A stretch of 64,000 bases of DNA. It comes from Minutocellus sp. GHC0000111 (Eukaryota). A program made the translations under genes and the position numbers. The notes beneath the pieces are model-generated. The model had not been told where the DNA came from and made no database searches. It saw only the letters and a program-made list of their open reading frames with translations. The stretch's first letter is position 1, and every line of letters begins with the position of its first letter. Location: the NCBI GenBank assembly GCA_977018835.1, contig OZ361260.1, forward strand, positions 2,046,001 to 2,110,000, given 5' to 3'. Below, piece after piece: positions 33,660 through 45,129 of the stretch.

Positions 33660-36360
33660 GATTTGTGATGTGGAGTTGTGTGTGTGCACAAGCAAGCACA
33701 CATCGTCCATCATGACTCACCCACCCCCCAGTCTACCAAAGCAGCAACAGCTTGGCCGCATTGATTACAACCCACTTTTATTAACATACACAAAGCCCCT
33801 TATGCTACAACCCATGCACACATGCACAAATGTGGTAGTTGGCAGCAGTGCTGATTAAAACAGCAGCACTGCCAGTGCCATCAAAGGGTGTGATGAGAGC
33901 TGCGCCAGCAAAAGTGAGGCTCTCTCGATGCTGTTCTACACTGTTATCAGATTGGATCTGTTTGCTGTGTAATCAAAAACAACACTAGCTAGTAAACTGT
34001 TACGGAGTGGATTCCGCAATGGACTGTGGAGCACCTTTTTGTCTGGACAAATTCATCGAGTTGCGGGGCAGCAGCGAAAGCACACTCCGTCGCACTCGTC
34101 GCACTCCTCTTCATCGACCAAATCAGACCTAGTCGACTGCATTATTAAGTGATCTCTGCTACGCAGTTGGTCATCAAACGGCCTTGCTTAGTAAACGACT
34201 TGCGTCAACGACCTCAGCAAGTGTTCAGTGTGTGGTGAATGACAGAGACGACCTGCGAGCCTAGACTAGGCAGTGATGGCAGCAGTCGCAAACTGTCTTT
34301 CAATTCGTTTAATCGACAGCAAATGATCTCAGTAAATGATCTTAGTTTAATCGAGTTGTGGTAAACGACCTGAGACCTTCGGCGACGACCTTCGGCAAAC
34401 ATGATCTCGGCAAACGACTTGCGGCAATGATCTCGGTAAACGACCTGATTTTATTCGAGGTGTGGTAAACGACCTCAGTTAATCGATCTTGGTCAACGAC
34501 CTGTGTTAATCGATTTGTTTAACATTTATACCGGGTGTCTTTCAACTCGTTTAATCGATCTTGGTAAATGACCTCTGGTAATCGCTATCAATTTCGTTAA
34601 ACATTGCACCGGGTGTCTTTGACTAAATAATTGATTTTTACCCTCCTAGATCTAATGGACTACATTTGCACATTAAATGATCTCTGCTACGTAGTTGGTC
34701 ATCAAACGACCTTGTAAGAGACCTTACTGAACGACTTGCATTAACGATCTCAGTAAATGTTCAGTGGTAAACGATTTGTGGCAATCAATCTTAGCTAGCT
34801 ACACTGCAGGCCTGCAACAGACTGCAAATGCTAGCCCTGTGTTCATCGCGCGCATCTTGAAGTTCATGGTTGCCAAGCCTTAGCGGTGGCGACCGAGAGA
34901 GAACCACTCACCCTCGCGTCTGTCCGTCGACAGCCGAGGTCCCTTGCAGCACGATAAAACCTTTTCCTGCATTGTGTCCAATCACAGGGTCTTTGCATTC
35001 TTTACGTTTAGAGGCGGCGCGGAAAAAGGCTTTTCAAGAGTTCTCAAGCAAGAAAGCAAGCAGATGGCTCGGAGAACGAAAGCGACAGCTGCTCCGAACG
35101 CGAGGTGAAGAAAGGAAGCAGAGGACAAGAACGACGCGTCGATCGATCCAGCGATCGATTGCTTGCGGACCCGGACCGGGCGTGACGTGTCTCGGCCGGA
35201 CAGCAAGGAGGAAGAAAAGGAGGGCTGCAGCAAGCATCCTTCGATGGGCATCTGCCGGAGTCAAGACGATTGCAGGAGCCGGCTTTGATGACGACGGTGC
35301 AATCCTTTCCCGATCGAAAGAAGATTGCGATCAAGTCTTTCACGGATCTTTCCCTTGCTTCATCGCGTTGCTCCTTTCACGGGCATCCGCACAGCTGACA
35401 GATCACGATCAGGCTGTCCCGGAGGGAACAGGTCAGAAGATGCTAGCGACTGAGCATCGTCGCTAGCTCCGTCGCGATGTCAGCAAAAGGGACGAATGCA
35501 TGGAGAAGATGCCAGTGAAAGCAGAGCTTGATTCACATTGATCTCGAGAAAGATGGCGACAGTCATGGGTCGCTTTGCCACACTTGCTTTCTCGAGTTTG
35601 CTTTGCCGAGTTTCATCGTGCCATGGCACCTAGGCGGCGGAGCGCGGCCTGGTCTTTGTTGGGCTTGCGGCGTGTCGCTGCGCGCTCGTCCACTAGTTTC
35701 CAGGCCTCCTCGGACACCCACGCATTTCTGCGGAACGTCCGCGGCTCCAGTCGCGGCACCTGTGCCTTCACTTGCGGTGAATGCCCTCTCGGTTAGTTAG
35801 TCGTCTTGTGGTGACGACGACCTTTGGCAAATGATCTCGGCAAATGCACTTAGCTACACAGCAGTTGCGGCGGCAAGAGATTTGGCCCATTAATCACACA
35901 CAACACAACAATCAACCTCACAAACAATTTGCTTTTCAAACAATTTGCTGAACGACTTTTGTGGCAAGTGCCCTTGGTGAATCGACTCTGCTTGCAACTC
36001 GCAAGTGAGTGTTCATCGATCTCAGCAAACGAACTAAGTGTTCGGCCAGGGCAGGAGCAGCCCCCTGGACGAGCTTGGTCTTGGCCTCACGCCGCTTGGT
36101 GACTGACTGCCTCACCACCACCCACACCGACGGTCCCGCTGTCGGTGTCGACCGACGGTGCGGTCACGGACTAATTTGGCGGGTGCAACACTCTGGAAAC
36201 GCTCCTTGCTGAGGGCGCACTCGGACGCCATTGACTCAACCCACCAGACTGTGGCGGAGTTGTGTGGTTCCAACCCATTTTCCTGATCTGCTTTTACACT
36301 ACGTGCAGGCACCTTTTCGGGTCCTTTAACATGTTTAACAAATGTTCCGGGTGTTTTAGG
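33660..36360. repeat. Degenerate, apparently non-coding repeat or TE remnant with internal repeats
   Basis: Duplicated block TGATCTCTGCTACG(C/T)AGTTGGTCATCAAACG at about 34151 and 34678, many AAACGAC(C/T)T units, TpA-poor patches and no convincing ORF. Boundaries are approximate. Confidence 0.5.
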
Positions 36361-36693
36361 AGCTACTACGTAAGTAGCTACGCAGCGCTACAGCTACGTA
36401 GCTCTGGCTAGCTAGCTACGTAGATCTACAGCAGTGTGACATTGACAAGTAATACGATGAATTGAACTTGTTCTTTGATTTGTAACACATTGTTTAAACA
36501 CCTTCTACTTCCACAAACACGTGTGCCTCATTGCTGGACTACCAGCGTGGACTCACTGCAAAGGCCCTCGTAGGAAGCAACATGCTAGGCAAACAAAATA
36601 ATGCACAGCCTCTTTTCTCCTCCCTCCAAAATATCTCTACATGTAGTGCTTGTGTGGCCATCCTCCTGCCGCGTGCAGCCGGACAAATGCATT

Positions 36694-39542
36694 TTAAGAA
36701 GATTCAGTGCTAGGGACATCCTCCAGCATCCCCAGGCTGCTACTCTCTTGGGCGGAAATACTCATGCATGTGGCAGCTAATTCAATGCTTCGAGCCACAT
36801 GTGCGACAGAACATCGATTATCAAGCCCTAATATGTATTGCAGAAGTTCCAGACGCAGGCAGGGGGAATGCATGGAAGCAACAAGAGCATGGAGCGACTG
36901 CAGGAATCTTAAGCTCTCAAAATCAGTTGCCGTCACAGCATCTCGAAGTTGCTTTGCAAATTTCTTCCTGTTTGCAATTGCCTTATTGGATATGAATGTC
37001 ATGAAATTGGAATCATTGTCCATGGCAATTTTGAGATCGCCCTGGGCCGCTCTTTGATCTCTCCAGGACGCGAGGCGAAAGGCAACCGATTGCTCACCCT
37101 TTTCCACCCATTCCTCAATGGCAAGGACCGTTTCCTCCACACGCTTCTCTGCACCGCCATCTTGCATCGATTTCAACACTTTGGCTGCTCCAAGCACAGC
37201 CAAAAGACCGTCTGAATTAGTAGCAGACCTAAGTCTATCAGTATCGAGCGGAGGAGGCGGCGGTGCTGGTATAAAATGATCCTTGCTCAGAGTGCCTTCA
37301 CCACCACCAGCAGCTTGGGCAACGGCATTCTGCATGAACGAGGGATCCGACGGAGAATTCAATGGCGTCGGTGTTACATTATCTACCGAAGATTCTTCAG
37401 TCCCTGGATCATTTGAGTCAGATCCATGCTCAAAATTTCCGTTGGACAATGAATGACTCTCATTCTCTTCATCTGCGCTTGGGGCAGTACCGGTAGATTC
37501 CTTGCGACCCTTTGACGCCACAAGAGTGTAAAGAATGAGCAGCTGGCGGCTTGTATTGTAATCACCAGATCTCACTGCTGCTTCAAGTCCATCATTGACA
37601 ATATCTTGAAGATGATGATGCTCTCCCTTCTCTCCCTTGAAGGCTTCTTCCTCCTCTTCGTGCTGCATATCCTCACGAAGGACATCCATCAATAGATGCG
37701 CCACACTATCGTCGGTAGCACCAAAGCCTCCAGCAAGACGAGCACATTCCTCCGCCGTCAGCACATTCCTGATATCATCTGAGTCCAAATCCAGAAGCTC
37801 CTCCAATTTCTGCTGCATGTGGGCTTCGGAGGAAGTATCAACAGTAGTCTTATGAGCAATAGTGGCGTTCTGAAATGGATTGAGATTTCGCGCCATTGTC
37901 TGCAGTAGTGCCCTCTGCATAGAGTCAGTGAGGACCCGAATACCAAGCTCTGGCGTGATCATGAGTAGGGGCAAACCTTTCATGTGATCTTTTCCCAGCA
38001 AGGCATTGCATCTTGCACGAGTCCGGAGCAATGATATGAGAGAGCCATAGCAGGAAGTCCGAATGAAAAGAGCCACAGGTAAACCAATGCCTCCGTCCAA
38101 GGATCGCCCAGTCCCTTCTTCGTCATTGCACTCTCGGCCAATGGCACAGTCTACCCCTCGCACAATCCTACCCGGTCCTCCAATCCGCATATATACTTCA
38201 TTATATGGAACAGTATTCAAGCCTCCCTTGACAATCCTTCCGCCGATTTCTTTTTTTACATGAAATTAAGAGGCAATAAATAAATACAAATATGCATTTG
38301 GAGTGAGAGAAAAATTTGCAAGCAAGAGGATATGTGCGTATCTATGCAACATCACAATATGTGCATCACGGGGGCAGATACACTTCTTTTTTTGCAGACA
38401 TGTGATGTCAAGTAGGCATCCCACTTACCATAATCTTTGTCGTGAAGATAGGAATGATTCAGCCGCCGGAGACCAGCAAGAGACACAAGCGCCTCCTCTC
38501 TTCCATTGATCAAATTGCCGCGCATATCAATGTTGAACTCAGTCTTTGCGCTGTATCCGGCCTGCCACCCCCATGTGCGAGTTCTCTTTACTACTTCGTC
38601 CTCGCTCTCACCATTGGGGTGTGACCTGGGTAGCTCAAAGACTACGCCTGTCATATATTGCTTGGTCGATCCGTAGCATCTCATCTTCTTTCCATTGGAG
38701 GGCAAAAGAGACGTCGATGAGACGAATGAATTGAATGGGCGTACTTGCTTCTCCACAATACCAGTGCCATCGTCTCCTTTCTCCGAAGGCGGACGATCTT
38801 CGTGCTTGCTCTGGGCCAATCGCCTATTGACAACCGGATTTAAAAACCGATTAAGAAACGACGTCCACTCTGTATTGCTGATAGTCTTGACGACAGCATA
38901 GCCATCACGGAGTGCTTCCACTACTTCCCGCTCTGCTTCTGACATTTCAGCCCATACTTCCGCCTTATCAGGATCAGATTCAAGCAGGGGAGCAAACTCA
39001 TCACTCTGTGTTAGCTCCAGCTTCGGTAGAGGGTCAATCTTGGGAGTAAAACCACCAATGATGACCTCCGTACCAAAGTTATCAATCGAGTGGCGGCTTG
39101 AATCGATGGTATTATGCTGACTGCCACCATCTAATGGCAATCCAACAGCGCCTCCAGTACCGGCAGCATCGGATGACTGTGACGCATGGGAATGATTCCG
39201 TCTGTGTCGACGTGACCGAGACCCGCGACTGCCCTTACTCCCCCGACTACCTCGACTTCCCCTGCTACCTCCAGACGCAGTCGATGAGTCTGATTCGGCA
39301 CCCTCCTCGTCACTGGCCTCGGTTAGTCCATGCAGCTTCTTCTTCCCCAATCCCTTGATGGGAGTGCGAGGTCTACTGCGAGATCGAGATCTGCTTCCAG
39401 GCGGAACGACAGAGCTAATGGTATTGACGGAGGTTGAACTGGCCTGGCGGCGCAGGTGGTCCCGAAAGACGATGCTGCGAGCCGATTCATGGTATGTCAA
39501 GAGAGCTGGTGCCAACCGTTCGGCGTTGTTGTTGCTGTCCAT
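36694..39542 (-). CDS. Hypothetical protein; 2 exons
   Basis: Exon 39542-38429, phase-1 intron 38428-38250 (GTAAG...AAAG), exon 38249-36694; the join reads ...DKDY-E-IGGRIVKGGLNTVPYNE. Confidence 0.8.
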
Positions 39543-40139
39543 TTGTTCTTCGCGAAATCAAGTCCCCTACTCTGACGCTGAATGGGTTCGGGTTCTGCTT
39601 TTCGACCTTTGTTGGATTATTACTTATGCCTCCTCTTTGCCTTTGGGCCCTCTCGGGATAGAGCACTGAGCGGAGACCACAAGGAGGGAGGAATATGGCA
39701 CAAAACAAAAATAGTCCTTGGCGTCGTGGCTGCAGGTGGAACAAGAACTCGGGTCGAGGTTACAGATGATAATTGATGGATTCGGCGCAGGCGGCAGCGG
39801 TGACGCCGATGAAGATTCGGCCGAAGAGATGCGCCTGCTTTCGACCCAAGAGTGTTGGTCCCCGAGTATCGATTTTTCAATGTGATGAACAATGAAGAAG
39901 AGGAGGCTCTTGAAAACGTATCCGACGGGTGGATTGTGTTCTAGGTCTACCCGAAGTAGTGGCAGCGCGCTTCTCTCGGAGCGTCAAAGATACGAGGCTC
40001 GTGCCTCTGCGAGTTGAAGAGAAAGATGATACGATGTGATGGTCGCGGAAGTCGCAAAACCGCGTTTCTGAGGGGGGGAAGCACGTCATTCAGAAGAGAA
40101 TGGCCATTCTTCTGGCTTCTGGCGCCATGGTGTTGAAGT

Positions 40140-41676
40140 ATGGCGCCGGCGCCAAGCAAGATCAGACCGTTGTCAATTGCTTCCTATCCCGCGCCAAATC
40201 GTCGTTGCGCACAGGAAATTTCTCGAGTCCAGCGCAACATGAGCATCACATGCAGCAACTTCGATGCTGCCGAGGCCTGGATCCGACAGGCCGTAAAGTC
40301 TGGCCACCCACTCTTCTTTTCGCCGACGGTCTTTTCATCTGCCATGGCTGACGCACAAACCCAATTCAACATGCCAGTTGAGTCTCTTTCCAGCTTCCTG
40401 CGGTCCATCCATCTCATCCATGTAAAGAAAAATGCACACGTGTTGCGGAATAATGTGAAGCGGCACGTGGAAGACTACGTCCGTGGGAGCAGAATCCTTG
40501 ACATGGCCCGTTCGATGAACTATCCACCGTATCATGTTGCGAGATTGATTGTTGAGAATGTCGCCGATCTGAGAGGTGCTGCTGGTACTGGTAGCACCGG
40601 CTCCGGCACCGGTGGGAATGGATCGGCAGGATCTGCCAGCACCAACAAAAAGGCTGTAACAGAGGCAATGAGAGAGCCACAAAGGGTTCTGGGTTTCCCA
40701 ACAACAGTCAAACCTGAATATCGATCATCGGAGGAGAATGGATCATCGTCAACAAGTTCATCGTCATCGCCACCCTTGTCTCGTTTGGCAACGGAAGTAA
40801 TTGAAGCGATGCGTTCGGATCCGCTGTATGGTCCAAAACAAGACAGGGAGCGTCAATCAGTTGGCTTGGAGCATGAAGAGATGCTTGAGAAGGCTCTAGA
40901 GGCAATGGGTGAGTTAGTCTGTTTTTTTGGTACTAGCAGTACAGGATTAGGATAAGATCCAATGCAATCATCTCATCTCCATATATATTATGCGTGTACT
41001 TCTCTTCCATACTAATAAACCCAATTCTATTTTCCTTTCCCAGATATTCCATTCGAAACAGAAAATGATTTACGAATAAAAGGCACAGCTAGAACTCCAG
41101 ATGTATTGCTATCTACCCCGGTGGGCATGAAGGTACCTAAGCGATCATCGACAAGAAGAAAGCTTTTGATGGACGAAAATGATGGACATTTGTCAAAGCG
41201 AAAAAGTACGAGTAGTGAAGACGGCGAGGAAGAGTATGAGTGGAAGGTTGTGTGTTGGATAGATTCAAAGGTACGTGGGGAAGATCACATCAACATGATG
41301 ACATGACCGCCCCTGATATTGTTTCCTAGGGATCCCTAACAATTTTTCTTTTATCATTGCATTTCTACATTATGGATCCGCGAAATCCCGTTGTATTGTG
41401 CCGTCGCAGGCAATGTTTGGTGATGTTCAGACGCACAACAATTCTGTATTGCCCCAAGCTGAATCCTTTGTGCATCGGTTTGGCCCGGGCCTTATTTTGT
41501 ATTGGTTTGGTCATGCGCCAGTTGATCGTCTTGGTGATGGACATGGTGACGTATTGGTGACTGGATTTCATCTACCAGATGAATTCATGCTCCCTACGGG
41601 TGAACTTGCCACATCAAATAACGGGTGTCGGGGTAGGAAAATAGATAGAGAATTGGCAAGGATGCAAGACGAATGA
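40140..41676 (+). CDS. CDIN1/C15orf41-like (TPD family) PD-(D/E)XK-type nuclease; 3 exons
   Basis: Exons 40140-40908, 41044-41270 and 41410-41676. Motifs GLEHEEML, FETENDLR...RTPDVLL, WIDSKAMFGD and RFGPGLILYWFG. Confidence 0.85.
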
Positions 41677-41794
41677 GGCTGGCTGCGCTGGGCTTGGGCG
41701 GCTCTCTAGCTACCAGCTAGAAGCGTACATAAAGCAACCACTAAAATATTTAATAATTGAAAAAACCTTTGCTTACTGCGCACCTAAGAAAAGC

Positions 41795-42475
41795 TCACCC
41801 CGCAACATAGTAAGAGTACTCATCGACCAAGACAATTCGCAATTGATGGGATATTTTGATGATAGTAAGGATGATCCCACGTCGCCTGCTTTTCCACCAC
41901 AAACCAAACCATGTCTTTGGCTTTCGTAAAATTACCACGTTCATCAATATCTTGACTTGTTCTTGGACGTGTTCCCGACATTTCACTGACAGTGGCCGAG
42001 GCAACATCCCAATGCCTGCCAGGCATAAAATCGCGATTGAATAGTTGGGATATAATTTCATACGCCAATTGCCGTTCTGTCAATGTCCCCAACTCGAAGT
42101 CGTGCGCCGCTTTCCGGATCTCGGGGAGTGCTCCAAATGGCAGCGTGGAAAAGGGCTTCCCTCCCTTCTTTTCCATGTTGGTTCGATATTGAATAGTAAT
42201 GGATGCTGATCTCAATGTGGGATGCGATTTATCCTGTTTGTGTGGCCGGCTTGTATCAAAAGTCGCACTTCTCTGCTGAATGTTGCACGTACGATCCAAA
42301 CCATTGCTTCCATCACCACCAACACCGGTTCGCTGCTGCTGTGGCGAGATATCGATATCTTTTCCTCGGCGTGATGGTGGTTGCGGTGTACAAGTGCTTG
42401 TGCCGCTTTCCTGTGCCTCTGCTTTTGAATAGAGGAGACAGTTCCTTGGCGGCTTAGGCGCTCAAATACTGACAT
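41795..42475 (-). CDS. Hypothetical protein with apparent frameshifts
   Basis: Three overlapping same-strand ORFs give MSVFERLSRQGTVSS..., ...LAYEIISQLFNRDFMPGRHWDV...EKQATWD and ...VDEYSYYVAG. Confidence 0.5.
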
Positions 42476-42784
42476 GATATGACACGAATCCTTCTTCGCA
42501 AAGTATGGTTGAAGATGGCCGGTCTCATCATGGTCGTCTCAAACTTCTTTTTCTTTTCCTTGCGCCTTGCCGGGAGCGACTCATGACCTCAGAAAATGGC
42601 ATAAATCACTTGACGCTCTGTGGTCACAGCGACGTTTTTTTTTTCAATTTCCTTCTTTCCTTTTTTCACGGCGGCGTCGCGGCTGGCGCCCCCCCCCCCC
42701 CCCGGAATCGTAATCAACCATACCAATCGAGTAATCAATCCTCCGTACAAATGCATCGCCGGTTTGCTGTGTGATGCGCCCACA

Positions 42785-44488
42785 ATGGAACCCGAAGATA
42801 TGAACAAGAAAGTTGAGGGTTCGCCGCCGCCGTCCCGCCAACCGCAACACGCTCCCTTCGCCTTTCCCTTCCACGACCCCGCCACTATCGCTGGCAGTGG
42901 CTTTGTACAGCAAGAGCAGCAACAAAATACGCCCCGCCATGGCCATTCATCATTCGCTGCCTCGTCTGGGCCGCCGGCGGCGGCGGCGGCGGCGCAACAG
43001 CAGCACGGCGGCACAGAAAATGCGGCGGCACTTTTCTCTTGGGAATCATCCCGTCCTGCCGGCCACGGACATGTCCCCGGACAAGCCCCGAGAGGCCAAG
43101 AAGGTGGGCATGATATGAAATTAGCGGAACTGCACAAACTACAAAGGATAATGAAACAAAATCTGGAATATCAGCAGCACCAGCTGATGATGCAGTTGCA
43201 GGCAACACATGCTCATTATGCTCGGCAGCAGCAGCCGCCGCAGCCAACTGCCTCCGGGGGCCATATACACGCTCAGGGCAGTGATGATGATCCCGGTGGA
43301 TCAGTTGCCATGCAAATGCCGAGGATGCCGAGTGGTCTACTCAACAACATGTATTTGGGTTCGTACAGCAGCGCTTCGGAACGGTCCTTGCGAGGTGGAC
43401 AGATGGGGACACCATTGCACCTTCTTCCGACTGCTCCAGAACAGCAGGAGCATCAGCAGCATCAGCATCAGCAGCAGCCGTCTGTACAGGGACTACAGCA
43501 TGGTTATTTGTCGGACCAGAGCCTCCAACAGCAAGCAATATTGCACAATACACATGCAACGGCACGACAAATCGATTCTAGCGGTGCAGCTTCCACTTTG
43601 GGGCAGGAGGCGGCTTCTCACCAAGCTAATACTAGAATGAGCCAAAGAAAGGGCCAGGAAAATGAATTCGCCAACGATGCATTGCCGACAGCTGGTCGGC
43701 AGCAACAGGATATGCGTCGGCGGAGAAGCGATCCCTTCTTGCAGTGGCAATTTACCGCGAATCATTCTGATAGATCGGCTGCCACTGATAATTCGAGTAG
43801 ATTGCAGCAGCAAGAGCAAGCATCGTACTCCCAGCCCATGGCAGCACCCCAACAGCAGTCTCAGCTTTACCAACAAAATATTGATATGGGCATAGAGATG
43901 GATATGGACATACAGGAAGGGATAGATGTCCCACTAAATTTCTCAAATTTGTTCGATAACGATGACGAAGTTGATGACAACAACGACGACGACGACGGCA
44001 GCGGCGAGAAGGAAAAGCCGGACCATTCCGTCATTCATGGTGGATTCCATCCCATGTTGATGAATCAGTCATCAATCATACCCAATTATGCCCAGCAGCA
44101 GCAGCAGCAGCAGCATTCAAATCCAAATCAGTCTGTTGGAACCATCGGTACTCTGCCACAACCTGCTGGAATTTGGCAGCAACAGAGGCAGGATACTTCC
44201 TTTGGACTACATGGAACTGGCAGCAGCTCCGCGGTCGCATTTTCAAGAAGCCCCCACTCCTCCTCGAATCTCCGCCAGCGAATCTTGAAGCTCGACGAGG
44301 CAATGGAAAAGTCAATAAAGTCTCAAAAGATGCTTCAGGCGTGGGATACGAAGATGGGTTTGCGAAAGTGCCACAGTAAGACAATGCGCTCGACGACCAC
44401 AAGTAGGAAGAAGGTCCAGGAAATGATGGTCAGCACTATAATGAGAACCGGTGGGGCGACTGCATTTCTCTTCCCTAAGCAAGCATAA
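42785..44488 (+). CDS. Gln-rich low-complexity protein with a short basic C-terminal domain (possible regulator)
   Basis: Long ORF with poly-Q tracts; C-terminal KSIKSQKMLQAWDTKMGLRKCHSKTMRSTTTSRKKV. Confidence 0.75.
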   Translation: MEPEDMNKKVEGSPPPSRQPQHAPFAFPFHDPATIAGSGFVQQEQQQNTPRHGHSSFAASSGPPAAAAAAQQQHGGTENAAALFSWESSRPAGHGHVPGQAPRGQEGGHDMKLAELHKLQRIMKQNLEYQQHQLMMQLQATHAHYARQQQPPQPTASGGHIHAQGSDDDPGGSVAMQMPRMPSGLLNNMYLGSYSSASERSLRGGQMGTPLHLLPTAPEQQEHQQHQHQQQPSVQGLQHGYLSDQSLQQQAILHNTHATARQIDSSGAASTLGQEAASHQANTRMSQRKGQENEFANDALPTAGRQQQDMRRRRSDPFLQWQFTANHSDRSAATDNSSRLQQQEQASYSQPMAAPQQQSQLYQQNIDMGIEMDMDIQEGIDVPLNFSNLFDNDDEVDDNNDDDDGSGEKEKPDHSVIHGGFHPMLMNQSSIIPNYAQQQQQQQHSNPNQSVGTIGTLPQPAGIWQQQRQDTSFGLHGTGSSSAVAFSRSPHSSSNLRQRILKLDEAMEKSIKSQKMLQAWDTKMGLRKCHSKTMRSTTTSRKKVQEMMVSTIMRTGGATAFLFPKQA

Positions 44489-45129
44489 CAAACAGGAGCT
44501 GTCAGTCTTTGCCATCTCCCCTCTTAATTGTTGAAGCCTTCTTCCGCGGGCACAGACATCCCTATGTGTAGATATCTACGTGGGCACGCGGGCACAGACA
44601 TCCCTATGTGTACATCTACGTAGGAATTCCTACATGTAGCTACAGTAGATCGATTGGTTGATTATTATTGTAGATCTTTTTGATCGTTTGCCTTCGAGGA
44701 AAGTTAACCTACATAGCTTGTACTACATGTACATGTGCCGTACCGGTAGGTAGGTAGCACTCTCTGTCGATTTGTAATATGTACTACTTGTACGGAGTAG
44801 GAAGGGTGGTGTTCCCCAGGTGATAAATCGCCGCCCCAGGTGATAATTTGGTTGATTCGACTTTTGATTCAGGATTTTCATGGGAAGTCAATCGAATGAA
44901 TCGAATCCAATCGAATGAATCGCCCGAAATTGGATGATGGACAGACCAAGAGACCGTACATAGGTACCTATAGTAGGTATCATCAACAACCGGTATCACA
45001 TCATGTGTTGGATAAGACGTTGTCCCGTCCTCTTGAAAAGCTGCCGGATACCATACCGCCGAGGTACCACCCCCCTCTCTACTGCGCCCTATTCTCCTGC
45101 AGCACCTCATAGCCAAAGCTTCAACCAGA

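Noticed and set aside
34140..34800. CRISPR-like array
   Set aside because: The repeats are short, degenerate and irregularly spaced, the context is eukaryotic, and no cas genes are present.
34870..35466. 198-aa ORF in the repeat region
   Set aside because: It has a non-ATG start, no motifs, and similar-length ORFs occur in other frames.
44545..44612. 26-bp direct repeat CGCGGGCACAGACATCCCTATGTGTA
   Set aside because: A simple local duplication in a 3' spacer with no further structure.
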